From contig CATNEN010000034.1 in assembly GCA_950097015.1 (NCBI GenBank), positions 7,006,001-7,070,000 on the forward strand: DNA of 64,000 bases. Reading direction: 5' to 3'. This document shows, piece by piece, positions 63,734 through 64,000 of this stretch. A program made the translations under genes and the position numbers. Below the pieces are notes generated by a model that saw only the letters and a program-made list of their open reading frames with translations, was not told the DNA's origin and made no database searches. This stretch comes from Macrostomum hystrix. Lineage: Eukaryota > Animalia > Platyhelminthes. Position 1 is the stretch's first letter, and each line of letters opens with the position of its first letter.

Positions 63734-64000
63734 CTTCTGACCGCGACCTTTGCCGCTGAAGTACCGCAGACCGAACTTAGCTTAGCTATTTGCCCTCCCA
63801 ATCTGCCTGTCAAATATCTAGTTTAATCCCCGCCCTCTCTAGGTCTAGTAAAACAAATTGTATTGTGTAGCTCAAATACAAATATACTTGAATTGATGGA
63901 ATGCCTCGCTTCTTCACAGCATTCTAGTTTTCCTGTTTAATATTCATCCCACTGTGGGCCTCTGACTTCCAGCTATCCAATAACTTTTGTGAAGGACATT

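Overview
Eukaryotic (animal) genomic DNA with GC-rich exons, short AT-rich GT-AG introns, poly-Gln tracts, many minisatellites and retroelements. A free-living flatworm such as Macrostomum is my inference from style and gene families, not something proven here. The dominant structure is a convergent inverted pair of NWD1/NWD2-like STAND NTPase genes (DUF4062-like N-terminus, NACHT P-loop, long C-terminal region): copy 1 at ~3080-9959 (+) and copy 2 at ~30342-24090 (-). The two copies are a mosaic. Two blocks are near-identical (3068-6721 vs 30354-26711, introns included, and 8618-9088 vs 24896-24426), while the ~1.9 kb between them and both ends are deeply diverged. Copy 1 splices to a hidden terminal exon encoding a Dpy-30-type dimerization/docking motif that copy 2 lacks. 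Copy 2 carries two +1 frameshifts. Other genes: a very divergent tail-less beta-tubulin-like gene, a coiled-coil/low-complexity gene, a C20orf27/ADISSP homolog, an orphan rhodopsin-type GPCR, a fibrinogen-domain exon, SRPRA and several small ORFs. Mobile DNA: a full-length intact LOA-like non-LTR retrotransposon with a 12-bp TSD and a structured 5'UTR, a truncated relative with a 15-bp TSD, RTE-like and CR1-group fragments, Tc1/mariner and piggyBac relics, and two tRNA-derived SINE families. All alignments, identities and RNA folds were done by eye and no databases were searched.
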